Both the position numbers and the translations under genes were made by a program. From assembly GCA_913061075.1 (NCBI GenBank), contig CAJXSK010000005.1, positions 38,089 through 102,088 of the forward strand: 64,000 nt of DNA, in the 5' to 3' direction. Below, piece after piece: positions 52,680-61,297 of this stretch. Each line of letters opens with the position of its first letter. Position 1 is the first letter of the stretch. This DNA comes from an uncultured Piscirickettsiaceae bacterium. Lineage in GTDB: Bacteria; Pseudomonadota; Gammaproteobacteria; Methylococcales; Cycloclasticaceae. The notes under the pieces are model-generated. The model worked only from the letters and a program-made list of their open reading frames with translations, did no database searches and was not told the DNA's origin.

Positions 52680-53654
52680 TTAAATTAAACCGTCAAGAGG
52701 CGATGATGCAGAGGCATAACGGCGCCGAGGCATGCGGCCAGCGAGAAAAGCTTCTCTACCACTTTGTACCGCCTTTTTCATAGCAGATGCCATAAGAACA
52801 GGGTTGTTTGCAAGCGCTATGGCGGTGTTCATTAGTATGCCATCGCAGCCTAGTTCCATGCCAATAGCGGCATCAGATGCAGTGCCTACGCCCGCGTCAA
52901 CAATAATAGGAACGTTGGCGTTTTCGATAATGGTGAGAATGTTGTACGGGTTGCGAATCCCTAAGCCTGAACCGATAGGCGCAGCCAGTGGCATCACAGC
53001 GACACAACCCATTTCCTCTAGTCGTTTGGCAATAATGGGGTCGTCGTTGGTGTACACCATCACATCAAAGCCTTCTTTAACTAAAATTTCTGCTGATTCT
53101 AGTGTGGCAGTAATGTCTGGAAAGAGGGTTTTTTTATCCCCTAGCACTTCTAATTTTACAAGTTTGTGGCCACCCAGAAGCTCGCGTGCAAGACGGCACG
53201 TGCGTAGGGCATCTTTTGCGGTAAAGCAACCAGCCGTATTGGGTAATATAGTGTATTTATCCGGCGAAATAACATCGAGTAAGTTAGGCTCGCCAGGGGT
53301 TTGTCCAATATTAGTGCGTCTTATGGCGACGGTAACAATATCAGCGCCACTCATCTCAATAGCCGCTTTTGTTTCGGCCATGTCTTTATATTTACCGGTG
53401 CCAACTAATAAGCGCGATGAAAAGGTTTGGCCTGCGACGATAAACTCATCAGGTTGGCCACCGCCAATAGCTTGAACGATTTCCACCTGGTCACCATTTT
53501 TTAATTGAATATTGGCATATTGATCAGCGGGCTTAATTTCTTCATTAACCTCTGCTGCAATGCGTTGGCCTAAAAACCCCATCTCTTCGACTAGGTTGGC
53601 TAGAGTCAACTCATTTTTATAATTAACATTTTTACCGTTAACACGAATGTCCAT
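52680..53654 (-). CDS. thiG: Fused sulfur-carrier ThiS (residues ~1-66) and thiazole synthase ThiG (residues ~70-324)
   Basis: The N-terminal 66 aa resemble ThiS and end in VQAIGGG. They run without a stop into [25 protein letters not shown]..., a full-length ThiG ([35 protein letters not shown]). Confidence 0.85.
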   Translation of the reverse strand: MDIRVNGKNVNYKNELTLANLVEEMGFLGQRIAAEVNEEIKPADQYANIQLKNGDQVEIVQAIGGGQPDEFIVAGQTFSSRLLVGTGKYKDMAETKAAIEMSGADIVTVAIRRTNIGQTPGEPNLLDVISPDKYTILPNTAGCFTAKDALRTCRLARELLGGHKLVKLEVLGDKKTLFPDITATLESAEILVKEGFDVMVYTNDDPIIAKRLEEMGCVAVMPLAAPIGSGLGIRNPYNILTIIENANVPIIVDAGVGTASDAAIGMELGCDGILMNTAIALANNPVLMASAMKKAVQSGREAFLAGRMPRRRYASASSPLDGLI

Positions 53655-53666
53655 CAGCTTTTAGCT

Positions 53667-54746
53667 CTAGTTGTTTGCGGTATCGATATTTTTTGCACGA
53701 CGATTGCGCACGGCAGTTGCCAGTTGTTCAAGCAGTTGAATGCTGCTGTCCCAATCGATGCAAGCATCGGTGATACTTTGGCCATATACTAGTTCTTGAC
53801 CGTCTACTTGGTCCTGTCTACCCGCAACTAAGTGGCTCTCTATCATTGCGCCACTAATACGCATATCGCCATTTGATATTTGATCAGCGACATCGTCGCC
53901 AACCACCATCTGACGTTCGTGTTGTTTACTACTGTTGGCGTGACTAAAGTCAATCATCATGTGTAAGTTAACACCCGCTCTGCCTAATTCAGCGGCTGCG
54001 CTATTGACGCTTTCAGCGTCGTAATTTGGTTGTTTTCCGCCACGCAAAATAAGGTGGCAGTCTTCATTGCCAGACGTTTCAAAAATAGCAGACTTTCCTT
54101 GCTTTGTAACCGACAAAAAGTGGTGAGGCCGAATGGCGGCTCCAATAGCGTCGATAGCAACTTTAACGGTTCCATCCGTACCATTTTTAAATCCAACAGG
54201 GCAGGATAGGCCAGATGATAGCTCACGGTGAGTCTGACTTTCCGTGGTGCGAGCACCAATGGCGCCCCAGGCAATTAAATCTGAAACATATTGAGGTGTT
54301 ATTAAATCGAGGTATTCGGTAGCAGCAGAAACACCCATGGAGTTTAATTCGAGCAATAAGTTGCGAGCAGTATGTAGGCCTTTATTAATATCAAAACTAT
54401 CATCAAGATTTGGGTCGTTAATCAGGCCTTTCCAACCTACCGTTGTTCTTGGCTTTTCGAAATAAACTCGCATCACAATGATAAGGTCATCTGAAAGTGA
54501 TTCAATATAGGGTTTTAATCGGGAAGCATAATCTAGGGCTGCTTTAGGGTCGTGAATAGAGCACGGGCCAATCACAACAAGCAAGCGATCATCATTGCCA
54601 TGAAGCACATCGTGTATTGCGCTTCGTACAGACAGTGTTGTTTGTGCCGCTGCTTCAGTTATAGGCAAGTCTGTATGTAGGTTTTCGGGCGAAATAACTT
54701 CTTGTAAGTTGATGATTCTTGTATCGTCAGTTTTGATTGTATTCAT
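53667..54746 (-). CDS. 3-deoxy-7-phosphoheptulonate (DAHP) synthase, class I (AroF/G/H type; effector specificity not assignable)
   Basis: 359 aa with GPCSIHD, KPRTTVGWKGLINDP and IDFSHANS motifs. Confidence 0.9.
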   Translation of the reverse strand: MNTIKTDDTRIINLQEVISPENLHTDLPITEAAAQTTLSVRSAIHDVLHGNDDRLLVVIGPCSIHDPKAALDYASRLKPYIESLSDDLIIVMRVYFEKPRTTVGWKGLINDPNLDDSFDINKGLHTARNLLLELNSMGVSAATEYLDLITPQYVSDLIAWGAIGARTTESQTHRELSSGLSCPVGFKNGTDGTVKVAIDAIGAAIRPHHFLSVTKQGKSAIFETSGNEDCHLILRGGKQPNYDAESVNSAAAELGRAGVNLHMMIDFSHANSSKQHERQMVVGDDVADQISNGDMRISGAMIESHLVAGRQDQVDGQELVYGQSITDACIDWDSSIQLLEQLATAVRNRRAKNIDTANN

Positions 54747-54896
54747 GAAGTGTTTATTTTTTAGTTAGCCAAATAATTATTCGGATCGAAGTTAGTTATA
54801 AAAAAGGCTTAAATGATACTCTAAATCAGCTAGTATTGCTTGGTGTTGTGGAGGGTTAGCGGCTTTGCGTGAGTAAAGTGGTTATTATTACAGTTA

Positions 54897-55757
54897 GTGA
54901 AATCAAATTGGGACATAGAAGCAGTGAAAATCAAGCTCAAAGAATTATATCAACAAGTTATTTCAAATAAAGCATTGTTGCCTGCGGTCCCAACTGTAGG
55001 TGTGCAAATCTTACAGGCACTGCAAGCACCAAATTGTAACGTTAAAATGTTCGCCAAGATTATAGGGAATGATGTTGGGTTAACGGCATTTATTTTAAAG
55101 ACGGCACGAAGTTTAAGGTTTTTAACGCGCACGCAACCTAAAGATCTTGAGGCGGCTATCGTTAGAATGGGCATGAAGGAAACGTATTACCTATCATTGT
55201 CTTTTTTATCCAGATCTGTGGTCAGCTCTTCTAATGTGCAAGTAGCCTCATTATTAAAAGAAACACAGTTATTTTCAACAAAACTGTCTGTTATTTCATG
55301 CTTTTTAGCAGAAAAAACGAGAAGAATACCAGGCAACGAAGCGATGTTGGGGGGGCTTTTTCAAGACATAGGCGTACCGGCAATTTTAGTAACACTGGAA
55401 AAACACCAATTTATTTTAGATGACGAACAAAAGGTTAAAGTCTGTGTGGATCGTTTGGCCCCGTATGTAGGTAGTTTTATATTAAAGCAATGGCAATTAG
55501 ATGAGTTATTAGAGGTTCCTGAAAACAGAAAAAAATGGGATTTGGATAGAGAGGAAGCGGGTTTAGCAGAATTAATACTAGTGGCCCGTTTTCACGCAAT
55601 GCTAGGGACAAAAGAATTTAAAGAATGCCCCCCCCTATCGGCAATGCCCGCATTTAATAAATTTAACTTTGGGGACATTGGGCCTGATAACACGCTGCAA
55701 TTATTGAAAGATTCAAAAGACGAGCTGGACGATATACAGCGATTATTAACGCCATGA
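54897..55757 (+). CDS. HDOD domain-containing signalling protein
   Basis: HDOD-like layout with LPAVPTVGVQILQAL near the N-terminus and a degenerate HD region (GGLFQDIGVPAIL). The start is GTG and uncertain. Confidence 0.6.
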   Translation: MKSNWDIEAVKIKLKELYQQVISNKALLPAVPTVGVQILQALQAPNCNVKMFAKIIGNDVGLTAFILKTARSLRFLTRTQPKDLEAAIVRMGMKETYYLSLSFLSRSVVSSSNVQVASLLKETQLFSTKLSVISCFLAEKTRRIPGNEAMLGGLFQDIGVPAILVTLEKHQFILDDEQKVKVCVDRLAPYVGSFILKQWQLDELLEVPENRKKWDLDREEAGLAELILVARFHAMLGTKEFKECPPLSAMPAFNKFNFGDIGPDNTLQLLKDSKDELDDIQRLLTP

Positions 55758-55837
55758 AGACGCATAGCTTCATGTTATATTCATACTGACGTTAGTATTA
55801 TTGTTCGTCTAAAGACGGCGCTATAAGGAGATAGAAG

Positions 55838-57739
55838 ATGGGTAAGTTGTTAAAGATTATTGGTGTTGTTGTTCTGTTAGTTGTGGTGCTTGTTATCGTT
55901 GCTCCATTCATCGTTGACCCGAATGATTATCGAGAACAAATCCAATCGGCGGTTAAAGATAAAACGGGCCGTGACTTATCGATAAACGGTGATATGAGTT
56001 TGTCGGTTTTCCCATGGATAGGCGTTGGCATAAAGGACGTAAGTATGGGGAACGCAAAGGGCTTTAAGCCCAATCAGTTTGCAGAAATACAAGAAGCGAG
56101 TGTGAAAGTTAAACTGTTACCACTTCTTAGCAAACAAGTTGAAGTGAGCACAATTGTACTTAACGGCTTGACACTTAATTTGGCAAAAAATAAGCAAGGT
56201 CAATCCAATTGGGATGATATGGCCCAACCTTCTGACGTTGAAAAGCCACAAGATAATCAAGAGAGCGACTCTTCAAGTGCGGCAATCGGCGCCATAGCTA
56301 TTGGAGGCGTACAAATCGTAGGCGCAAATATTACGTGGGACGATGCTAGCAAAGGTGAAACATACCATTTAACGGATTTTGATTTAACAACGGATGCTCT
56401 TTCATTAGGAAACTCTATGGGTGTTGAATTAGCCTTTACAGTAGACAGTAAAAAACCTAAAGCGACTGTTCGGATGAAACTTGCGGGTGACTTGGTGATT
56501 AATGCGGATTTAAATAAATTTGATTTCCAAGGGTTGACCATTGCAATTGATGCTGCAGGCGAGCCAGTGCCTAATGGCGCCATGAAAATTGATATTGCCA
56601 GCCATTTAGTGGCCGATTTAGCAGGGCGTGGCAGTTTAAGTTTGAATCCCTTGACCATAAAATTTGATGATTCGACTTTATCGGGTAATGCAGCGGTGAA
56701 TAATTTTGACAAGCCGGCTATTAAGTTTGATTTAGGCGTGGATGACATTAATGTAGACCGTTACTTACCAAAAGCTTCTCAAGCGGAGGGTTCAGAATCT
56801 TCTGGGTCTGTCGCCCCCCCAGCGGCTGCGGCTCTAATACCCGTGGATACGATTCGAAGCTTAAATATAGACGGGGTATTTAAAGTCCAATCGCTTGTTG
56901 TAAATGGCTTAACAGCGAAAGAAGCCAGTGTTAAATTGCTTGCAAAAAATGGTGTGCTTAAAACAGAACAAGGTGTTAAATCGTTCTATAAAGGCAGTTA
57001 TGCAGGAAAAACGGTCGTTGATGCTCGTCAAAACACACCTAAAATAATTGTTAATGAGCAAGTGACTGGGGTAGAGATTGAGCCGTTATTAATTGACCTG
57101 ATGGGCGAATCGTCCGTGTCGGGTATTGCTAATATCAAAGCGAACCTAACAACGCGGGGCAACAAAATGCCAGCCATAAAGTCTGCGCTTAATGGTACAG
57201 CGGAGTTTAGTTTTAAAGATGGAGCAGTCACGGGTGTTGATGTGGGTGCGTTGCTGAAACAAGCTCAAGCCGTGTTAAAAGGTGACTTGTCTGCAGCATT
57301 TGCTAAAGGCAGCGGTAAAACGCCATTTTCAGATATGTCAGGTACGGCTCAAATTAGGAATGGCGTGGTCAATAATAATGATCTTATTGTAGCAACTCCA
57401 TTAGTGAATGTTAAAGGCAAAGGCAACGCGAGCCTGGTTAGTGAAACGATAGATTACGAATTAACATTACAACGAACAAAAGCGACGACGGAGGCAGAAG
57501 CAGGTAGCGACGATGCTAAAAACTTATTAATTCCGGTTAATGTGGCAGGAACATTTGCCGAACCGAAAATTAGCCTTGACGTAAAAGCGATGGTGATGGC
57601 AACCCAAAAAGTGAAAATCGATGAAAAGAAAGAAGAATTAAAAGAGAAGATTAACGAAAAAATAGATAAAAAACTTAAAGGCAAAGCTGGCGAGTTATTA
57701 AAGGGTAAGGCGGGTGATCTATTAAAAGGCCTGTTTTAG
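55838..57739 (+). CDS. asmA: AsmA-family outer-membrane biogenesis protein
   Basis: N-terminal TM anchor ([28 protein letters not shown]), a long beta-rich periplasmic body, and the conserved C-terminal region (NGVVNNNDL...). It ends in a K/G-rich tail. Confidence 0.8.
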   Translation: MGKLLKIIGVVVLLVVVLVIVAPFIVDPNDYREQIQSAVKDKTGRDLSINGDMSLSVFPWIGVGIKDVSMGNAKGFKPNQFAEIQEASVKVKLLPLLSKQVEVSTIVLNGLTLNLAKNKQGQSNWDDMAQPSDVEKPQDNQESDSSSAAIGAIAIGGVQIVGANITWDDASKGETYHLTDFDLTTDALSLGNSMGVELAFTVDSKKPKATVRMKLAGDLVINADLNKFDFQGLTIAIDAAGEPVPNGAMKIDIASHLVADLAGRGSLSLNPLTIKFDDSTLSGNAAVNNFDKPAIKFDLGVDDINVDRYLPKASQAEGSESSGSVAPPAAAALIPVDTIRSLNIDGVFKVQSLVVNGLTAKEASVKLLAKNGVLKTEQGVKSFYKGSYAGKTVVDARQNTPKIIVNEQVTGVEIEPLLIDLMGESSVSGIANIKANLTTRGNKMPAIKSALNGTAEFSFKDGAVTGVDVGALLKQAQAVLKGDLSAAFAKGSGKTPFSDMSGTAQIRNGVVNNNDLIVATPLVNVKGKGNASLVSETIDYELTLQRTKATTEAEAGSDDAKNLLIPVNVAGTFAEPKISLDVKAMVMATQKVKIDEKKEELKEKINEKIDKKLKGKAGELLKGKAGDLLKGLF

Positions 57740-57807
57740 CAAGCAGACAAGACAATTGCCACATCGCGCCTGAACTGTTTCAGGCTCAAGTTTTAAAGTG
57801 GTTTGAT

Positions 57808-58818
57808 GTGCATGGCAGAAAAAATCTACCTTGGCAAAAAACGCCCACGCCGTACCATGTTTGGTTGTCTGAAATCATGTTGCAACAAACACAAGTTGCA
57901 ACGGCCATTCCGTACTTTGAACGATTTATAGAAAGCTTCCCTAGTATTTGCGATTTGGCACAAGCTCCTTTGGATGATGTGCTTCACCATTGGTCTGGAT
58001 TGGGGTATTACGCGCGAGCAAGAAACTTACATAAAACAGCTGGCATCGTGGTGACTGAGTATGGTGGCGACTTTCCCAATAATATTGTGGGCTTGATGGA
58101 GCTGCCTGGCATTGGCCGTTCTACGGCTGGCGCTATCGCAAGCCTGTCAATGGGTTTGCCGGAACCCATTTTAGATGGCAATGTGAAACGGGTGTTAAGC
58201 CGGTTTTTTGCTATAGAAGGGTGGACAGGCAGTGCGGCTGTTATGAAGGCGTTATGGGCGTTGTCAGAAACATTAACGCCTACTACAAGAGCAAACCATT
58301 ACAACCAAGCGATGATGGATTTAGGTGCTACCTTGTGTACCCGATCTAAACCTAGCTGTTGTCGCTGTCCTTTAAGCGCGGGGTGCTTAGCACTAAAAGA
58401 GAATAAGGTGGCTGAATTGCCCACACCAAAAAAGCGAGCATCGTTACCGGTAAAAAAAAGGTATTGGTTAGTCTCTAAAAATCAAGATAAGTTTTTCCTT
58501 ACACAAAACCCTCAGGTAGGCTTATGGGGTGGACTTTGGGTGTTTCCAGCATTTGAAACGTACGATGAATTGTTAGCGTGGGGCTTGAAAAAAGGTATCG
58601 ATGAGAACAGCATTAGCGAATTAGACGAACAACGGCATACGTTTTCTCATTTTCATCTGGATTACACAGCAATTATTTGTTCAGCTATTGAAAAGCAAAT
58701 AAAAATATCAGAACCTGAGAGAACATGCTGGTATCAATTCGACAGCCATGTGAAAATAGGCTTACCAAAACCTGTGAGCGGATTGATTCAAGCGCTCTCA
58801 AAACGAGACGAAAAATAA
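57808..58818 (+). CDS. mutY: A/G-specific adenine DNA glycosylase MutY
   Basis: HhH-GPD region ([12 protein letters not shown]), 4Fe-4S cluster loop ([17 protein letters not shown]) and a NUDIX-like C-domain. MutY-like coding continues upstream of the GTG at 57808 (see finding). Confidence 0.88.
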   Translation: MHGRKNLPWQKTPTPYHVWLSEIMLQQTQVATAIPYFERFIESFPSICDLAQAPLDDVLHHWSGLGYYARARNLHKTAGIVVTEYGGDFPNNIVGLMELPGIGRSTAGAIASLSMGLPEPILDGNVKRVLSRFFAIEGWTGSAAVMKALWALSETLTPTTRANHYNQAMMDLGATLCTRSKPSCCRCPLSAGCLALKENKVAELPTPKKRASLPVKKRYWLVSKNQDKFFLTQNPQVGLWGGLWVFPAFETYDELLAWGLKKGIDENSISELDEQRHTFSHFHLDYTAIICSAIEKQIKISEPERTCWYQFDSHVKIGLPKPVSGLIQALSKRDEK

Positions 58819-58821
58819 TTT

Positions 58822-59082
58822 ATGTATTGTCAAAAACTAAAGCGTGAAGCAGAGCCTCTGGACAAGCCCCCATTTCCGGGTGAGTTAGGCCAAAAACTGG
58901 TAGAAAATATTTCAAAAGAAGCATGGGGCCTATGGCTGACGCAACAAACGATGCTTATTAATGAGAATCGTTTAACGCCGTTTGAGCCTGAAGCACGTGC
59001 TTTATTAAAGGCGGAGATGGAAAAGTTTTTATTTACAGACAGTGCAGAAGCGCCAGAAGGTTACGTACCGCCCGCAAAATAA
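58822..59082 (+). CDS. yggX: Fe(II)-trafficking / oxidative-damage protection protein YggX
   Basis: 86 aa with PGELGQKLVENISKEAW..W...QTMLINE. It lies downstream of mutY as in enterobacteria. Confidence 0.88.
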   Translation: MYCQKLKREAEPLDKPPFPGELGQKLVENISKEAWGLWLTQQTMLINENRLTPFEPEARALLKAEMEKFLFTDSAEAPEGYVPPAK

Positions 59083-59104
59083 CAGCTGTTTTAAACATCT
59101 GTCT

Positions 59105-59132
59105 TGACTAAATAGCCGCGTCGCTGTTTAAT
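59105..59132 (+). promoter_or_regulatory. Sigma70-type promoter for tRNA-Phe
   Basis: TTGACT (59105-59110), a 16-nt spacer, then TTTAAT (59127-59132), followed by the GC-rich discriminator ACGCGACC about 20 nt upstream of the mature tRNA 5' end. Confidence 0.5.
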
Positions 59133-59152
59133 ACGCGACCACATCTTTAGAT

Positions 59153-59228
59153 GCCCGGATAGCTCAGTTGGTAGAGCAGAGGATTGAAAATCCTCGTGTC
59201 CATGGTTCGAATCCGTGTCCGGGCACCA
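59153..59228 (+). tRNA. pheV: tRNA-Phe (anticodon GAA), with encoded CCA
   Basis: The 76-nt sequence GCCCGGATAGCTCAGTTGGTAGAGCAGAGGATTGAAAATCCTC...GGTTCGAATCC...GGGCACCA folds as a cloverleaf. It is near-identical in pattern to E. coli tRNA-Phe as I remember it. Confidence 0.95.
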
Positions 59229-59237
59229 TTTGTTTAA

Positions 59238-59271
59238 AGCCTCAATTACTTTTGTAGTTGGGGCTTTTTTT
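59238..59271 (+). terminator. Rho-independent terminator after tRNA-Phe
   Basis: 12-bp stem AGCCTCAATTAC / GTAGTTGGGGCT (two G-U pairs) with loop TTTT, followed by a T7 run. Confidence 0.8.
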
Positions 59272-59608
59272 ATGCGCGTACTAAAGTTGGATTTGTACTT
59301 CGCATATCGTTAAATAGCGAGCGGCTCACTTTGTAAAAATTTAGCATAAAGGAGAATAGTCATAAGTTGCAGAGTTGTGGGGTGAGGATTGAAATTAAAA
59401 GGCTTAAAGGGGGTGCAGGCCTTTGATTATATTGTGTTAAAAATTTTACGAGGGGGGGGGTGGCTTGGAGTGCCGCTCTATATTCATGTCATAAGGTTAT
59501 ATGACTTATGTCACATAATATCTTTTATTGTTTGTGTTTTAACAATAAAAGCGTATGTTTTATGCAACACTTATAAATAAAGTGTGTTAATTAACTAGGG
59601 GGATTTAC

Positions 59609-61285
59609 ATGAATAAATCATTTATTAAAAATAGCGTGGGTTTAGCATTAAGTTCGGCGTTATTACTATCTCAAATTGGTACGGTTCAGGCCTTTAGCTT
59701 TCATAATGGTAAGCTTAAAGGGGCGCTTGATACCGATTTAACTTATGCCATTGCAGCTCGTACAGAGGACTCAGATCACGATAAAGAAGGTGCTTACGGC
59801 AATAGGATTTTTAAAGATGCGGGTGACATCTTCAGTAATGCTATTCGCGGCTCTAGTACATTAAGTCTAGAGTACGGTGATTTTGGCATGCTTGCGCGAG
59901 GTAACTATTTTTACGATCATGTTTATGATAATGAGAACTTAGCAGACCAGGCGCATGACAAGCTGGCTCGAGATTTGTCGCTTACTGATTTAATGGTCTA
60001 CGGCTATTTTGGTGATAACGACCAGATCAATATTAGACTGGGTAAGCAGGTGATTAGTTGGGGTGAAAACACCTTTATACAAGGTTCAATTAATGACATT
60101 AATACCGTTGATCTAAATAAATTAAGACAGCCTGGCCGGGCACTTAAAGATGCGTTTATTGGTACAAACGCAGCCTATATTTCATGGAATGTAAATGATG
60201 AATGGACTATCGAGTCTTTTTATCTATTTGAATTTGATCAAATTCAGTTAGACCCAGCGGGTTCATTTTGGACAACATTAGATGCTGTGGGCGCAGGTGG
60301 TGGTTTTGATAGTGCTGGCGATGGCGTTGTAGGTGAGTTAGGCGTTGGACCATTTGGCTCACCATCAGGTGCTTGTGTTGCTCCCGATGGTCTAGACGAC
60401 TGTGGTTTAGTGGGTGGCTCTTTGGTTAGGGTGGGTGATAACTTTGCTAAAGGTGGCCAATACGGTTTAGCAATAAGAAAGTTTTTCCCAGGGTTGTTCA
60501 ATGGCAGTGAAGTGGCGATTTATTATCAAAGTCTCCATGATCACGTACCAATGATTTCTACTTATTATAATACTGGTACGTTCTTTTTGGATTACGTTGA
60601 AAATATCGAACGTTTGGGTATTTCATTTAATACCAATATTGAAGGCTGGGTTATTGCAGGTGAATATCACGTGAGAAAAGATGCGCCTATTCAAATGACT
60701 GCACCTGTTTTAAATGGCTTAGGTGCGGGTCCATTCTTTGGTGTTAATTGTGCAACTTGCGTTGCTGGCCAAGAAATTAAAGGCTATGAGCTCGTTGACC
60801 GTCATCAATTACAAATGACGTTTCAACGTATTTGGGGTGTTGGATTTATGGGAGCAGATGCTAATAGCACATTAGCTGAAGTAGCGTATGGCTGGATTGA
60901 TGGTTTGCCAGATAAAAATGAAGCCTTAATTGGGCCATTTAGAACTGTTTTTAATCCGCAAGTGACTGAGCATTTCTGGGGTTTCCAAGTTAAACAGTCA
61001 TTAACATATGAAGCTGCCCTTTTTAACGTGGCATCAGTTTCTCCTTTCGTGGCGTTTAAATATGATGTGGAAGGTGTGTCTAACGAAATTGTTCCTTTGT
61101 TTGTGGATGATAGAAAAGCTTTAACACTGGGGGTGAACTTTGGTTATGGCGGTGGAACTTGGACGGGTGGTTTCAGCTGGACAATGTTTGATGGCGCAGA
61201 AGCGATGGCAAACCAAGCGGGTGGCCGTCTAAATGGCCGTACAGATCGCGATTTTGTTCAAGCTAATGTTAGCTATTCATTCTAA
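59609..61285 (+). CDS. DUF1302-family putative outer-membrane beta-barrel protein
   Basis: Signal peptide ending TVQA, a G/Y/N/D-rich beta-strand pattern, and the C-terminal YSF (terminal Phe typical of OMPs). Family assignment is by overall resemblance and by pairing with the DUF1329 gene. Confidence 0.65.
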   Translation: MNKSFIKNSVGLALSSALLLSQIGTVQAFSFHNGKLKGALDTDLTYAIAARTEDSDHDKEGAYGNRIFKDAGDIFSNAIRGSSTLSLEYGDFGMLARGNYFYDHVYDNENLADQAHDKLARDLSLTDLMVYGYFGDNDQINIRLGKQVISWGENTFIQGSINDINTVDLNKLRQPGRALKDAFIGTNAAYISWNVNDEWTIESFYLFEFDQIQLDPAGSFWTTLDAVGAGGGFDSAGDGVVGELGVGPFGSPSGACVAPDGLDDCGLVGGSLVRVGDNFAKGGQYGLAIRKFFPGLFNGSEVAIYYQSLHDHVPMISTYYNTGTFFLDYVENIERLGISFNTNIEGWVIAGEYHVRKDAPIQMTAPVLNGLGAGPFFGVNCATCVAGQEIKGYELVDRHQLQMTFQRIWGVGFMGADANSTLAEVAYGWIDGLPDKNEALIGPFRTVFNPQVTEHFWGFQVKQSLTYEAALFNVASVSPFVAFKYDVEGVSNEIVPLFVDDRKALTLGVNFGYGGGTWTGGFSWTMFDGAEAMANQAGGRLNGRTDRDFVQANVSYSF

Positions 61286-61297
61286 AGGAGTAAATAG

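Noticed and set aside
52732-53475. A 247-aa plus-strand ORF antisense to thiG, the longest unexplained ORF in the track.
   Set aside because: It lies entirely within, and antisense to, a strongly recognisable ThiG coding region. Its product is S/P/A-rich low-complexity sequence with no motif. Long antisense ORFs are expected opposite Ala/Gly/Val-rich genes. There is no independent start context.
54747-54896. I looked for a TPP (THI-box) riboswitch upstream of the DAHP synthase-thiS::thiG-trmB string, and in the 12-nt gap at 53655-53666.
   Set aside because: Reading the minus strand, I found no CTGAGA...ACCTGATCTGGATAATGCCAGCG-like core, and the 12-nt gap is too short. A covariance-model scan would be needed to be definitive.
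57679-57736. The tandem KGKAGxLL repeat at the AsmA C-terminus, considered as a possible separate small gene or DNA repeat element.
   Set aside because: It is in frame with and continuous with asmA. It is only about 2.5 copies of a 24-nt unit, which is most simply a low-complexity basic tail.
59389-59580. A 63-aa ORF in the tRNA-Phe/DUF1302 intergenic leader, spanning the G9 tract.
   Set aside because: It has a TTG-type start with no SD and an implausible product (RGGGWLGV encoded by the homopolymer). The region is better explained as a regulatory leader. It is kept only as part of the leader finding.
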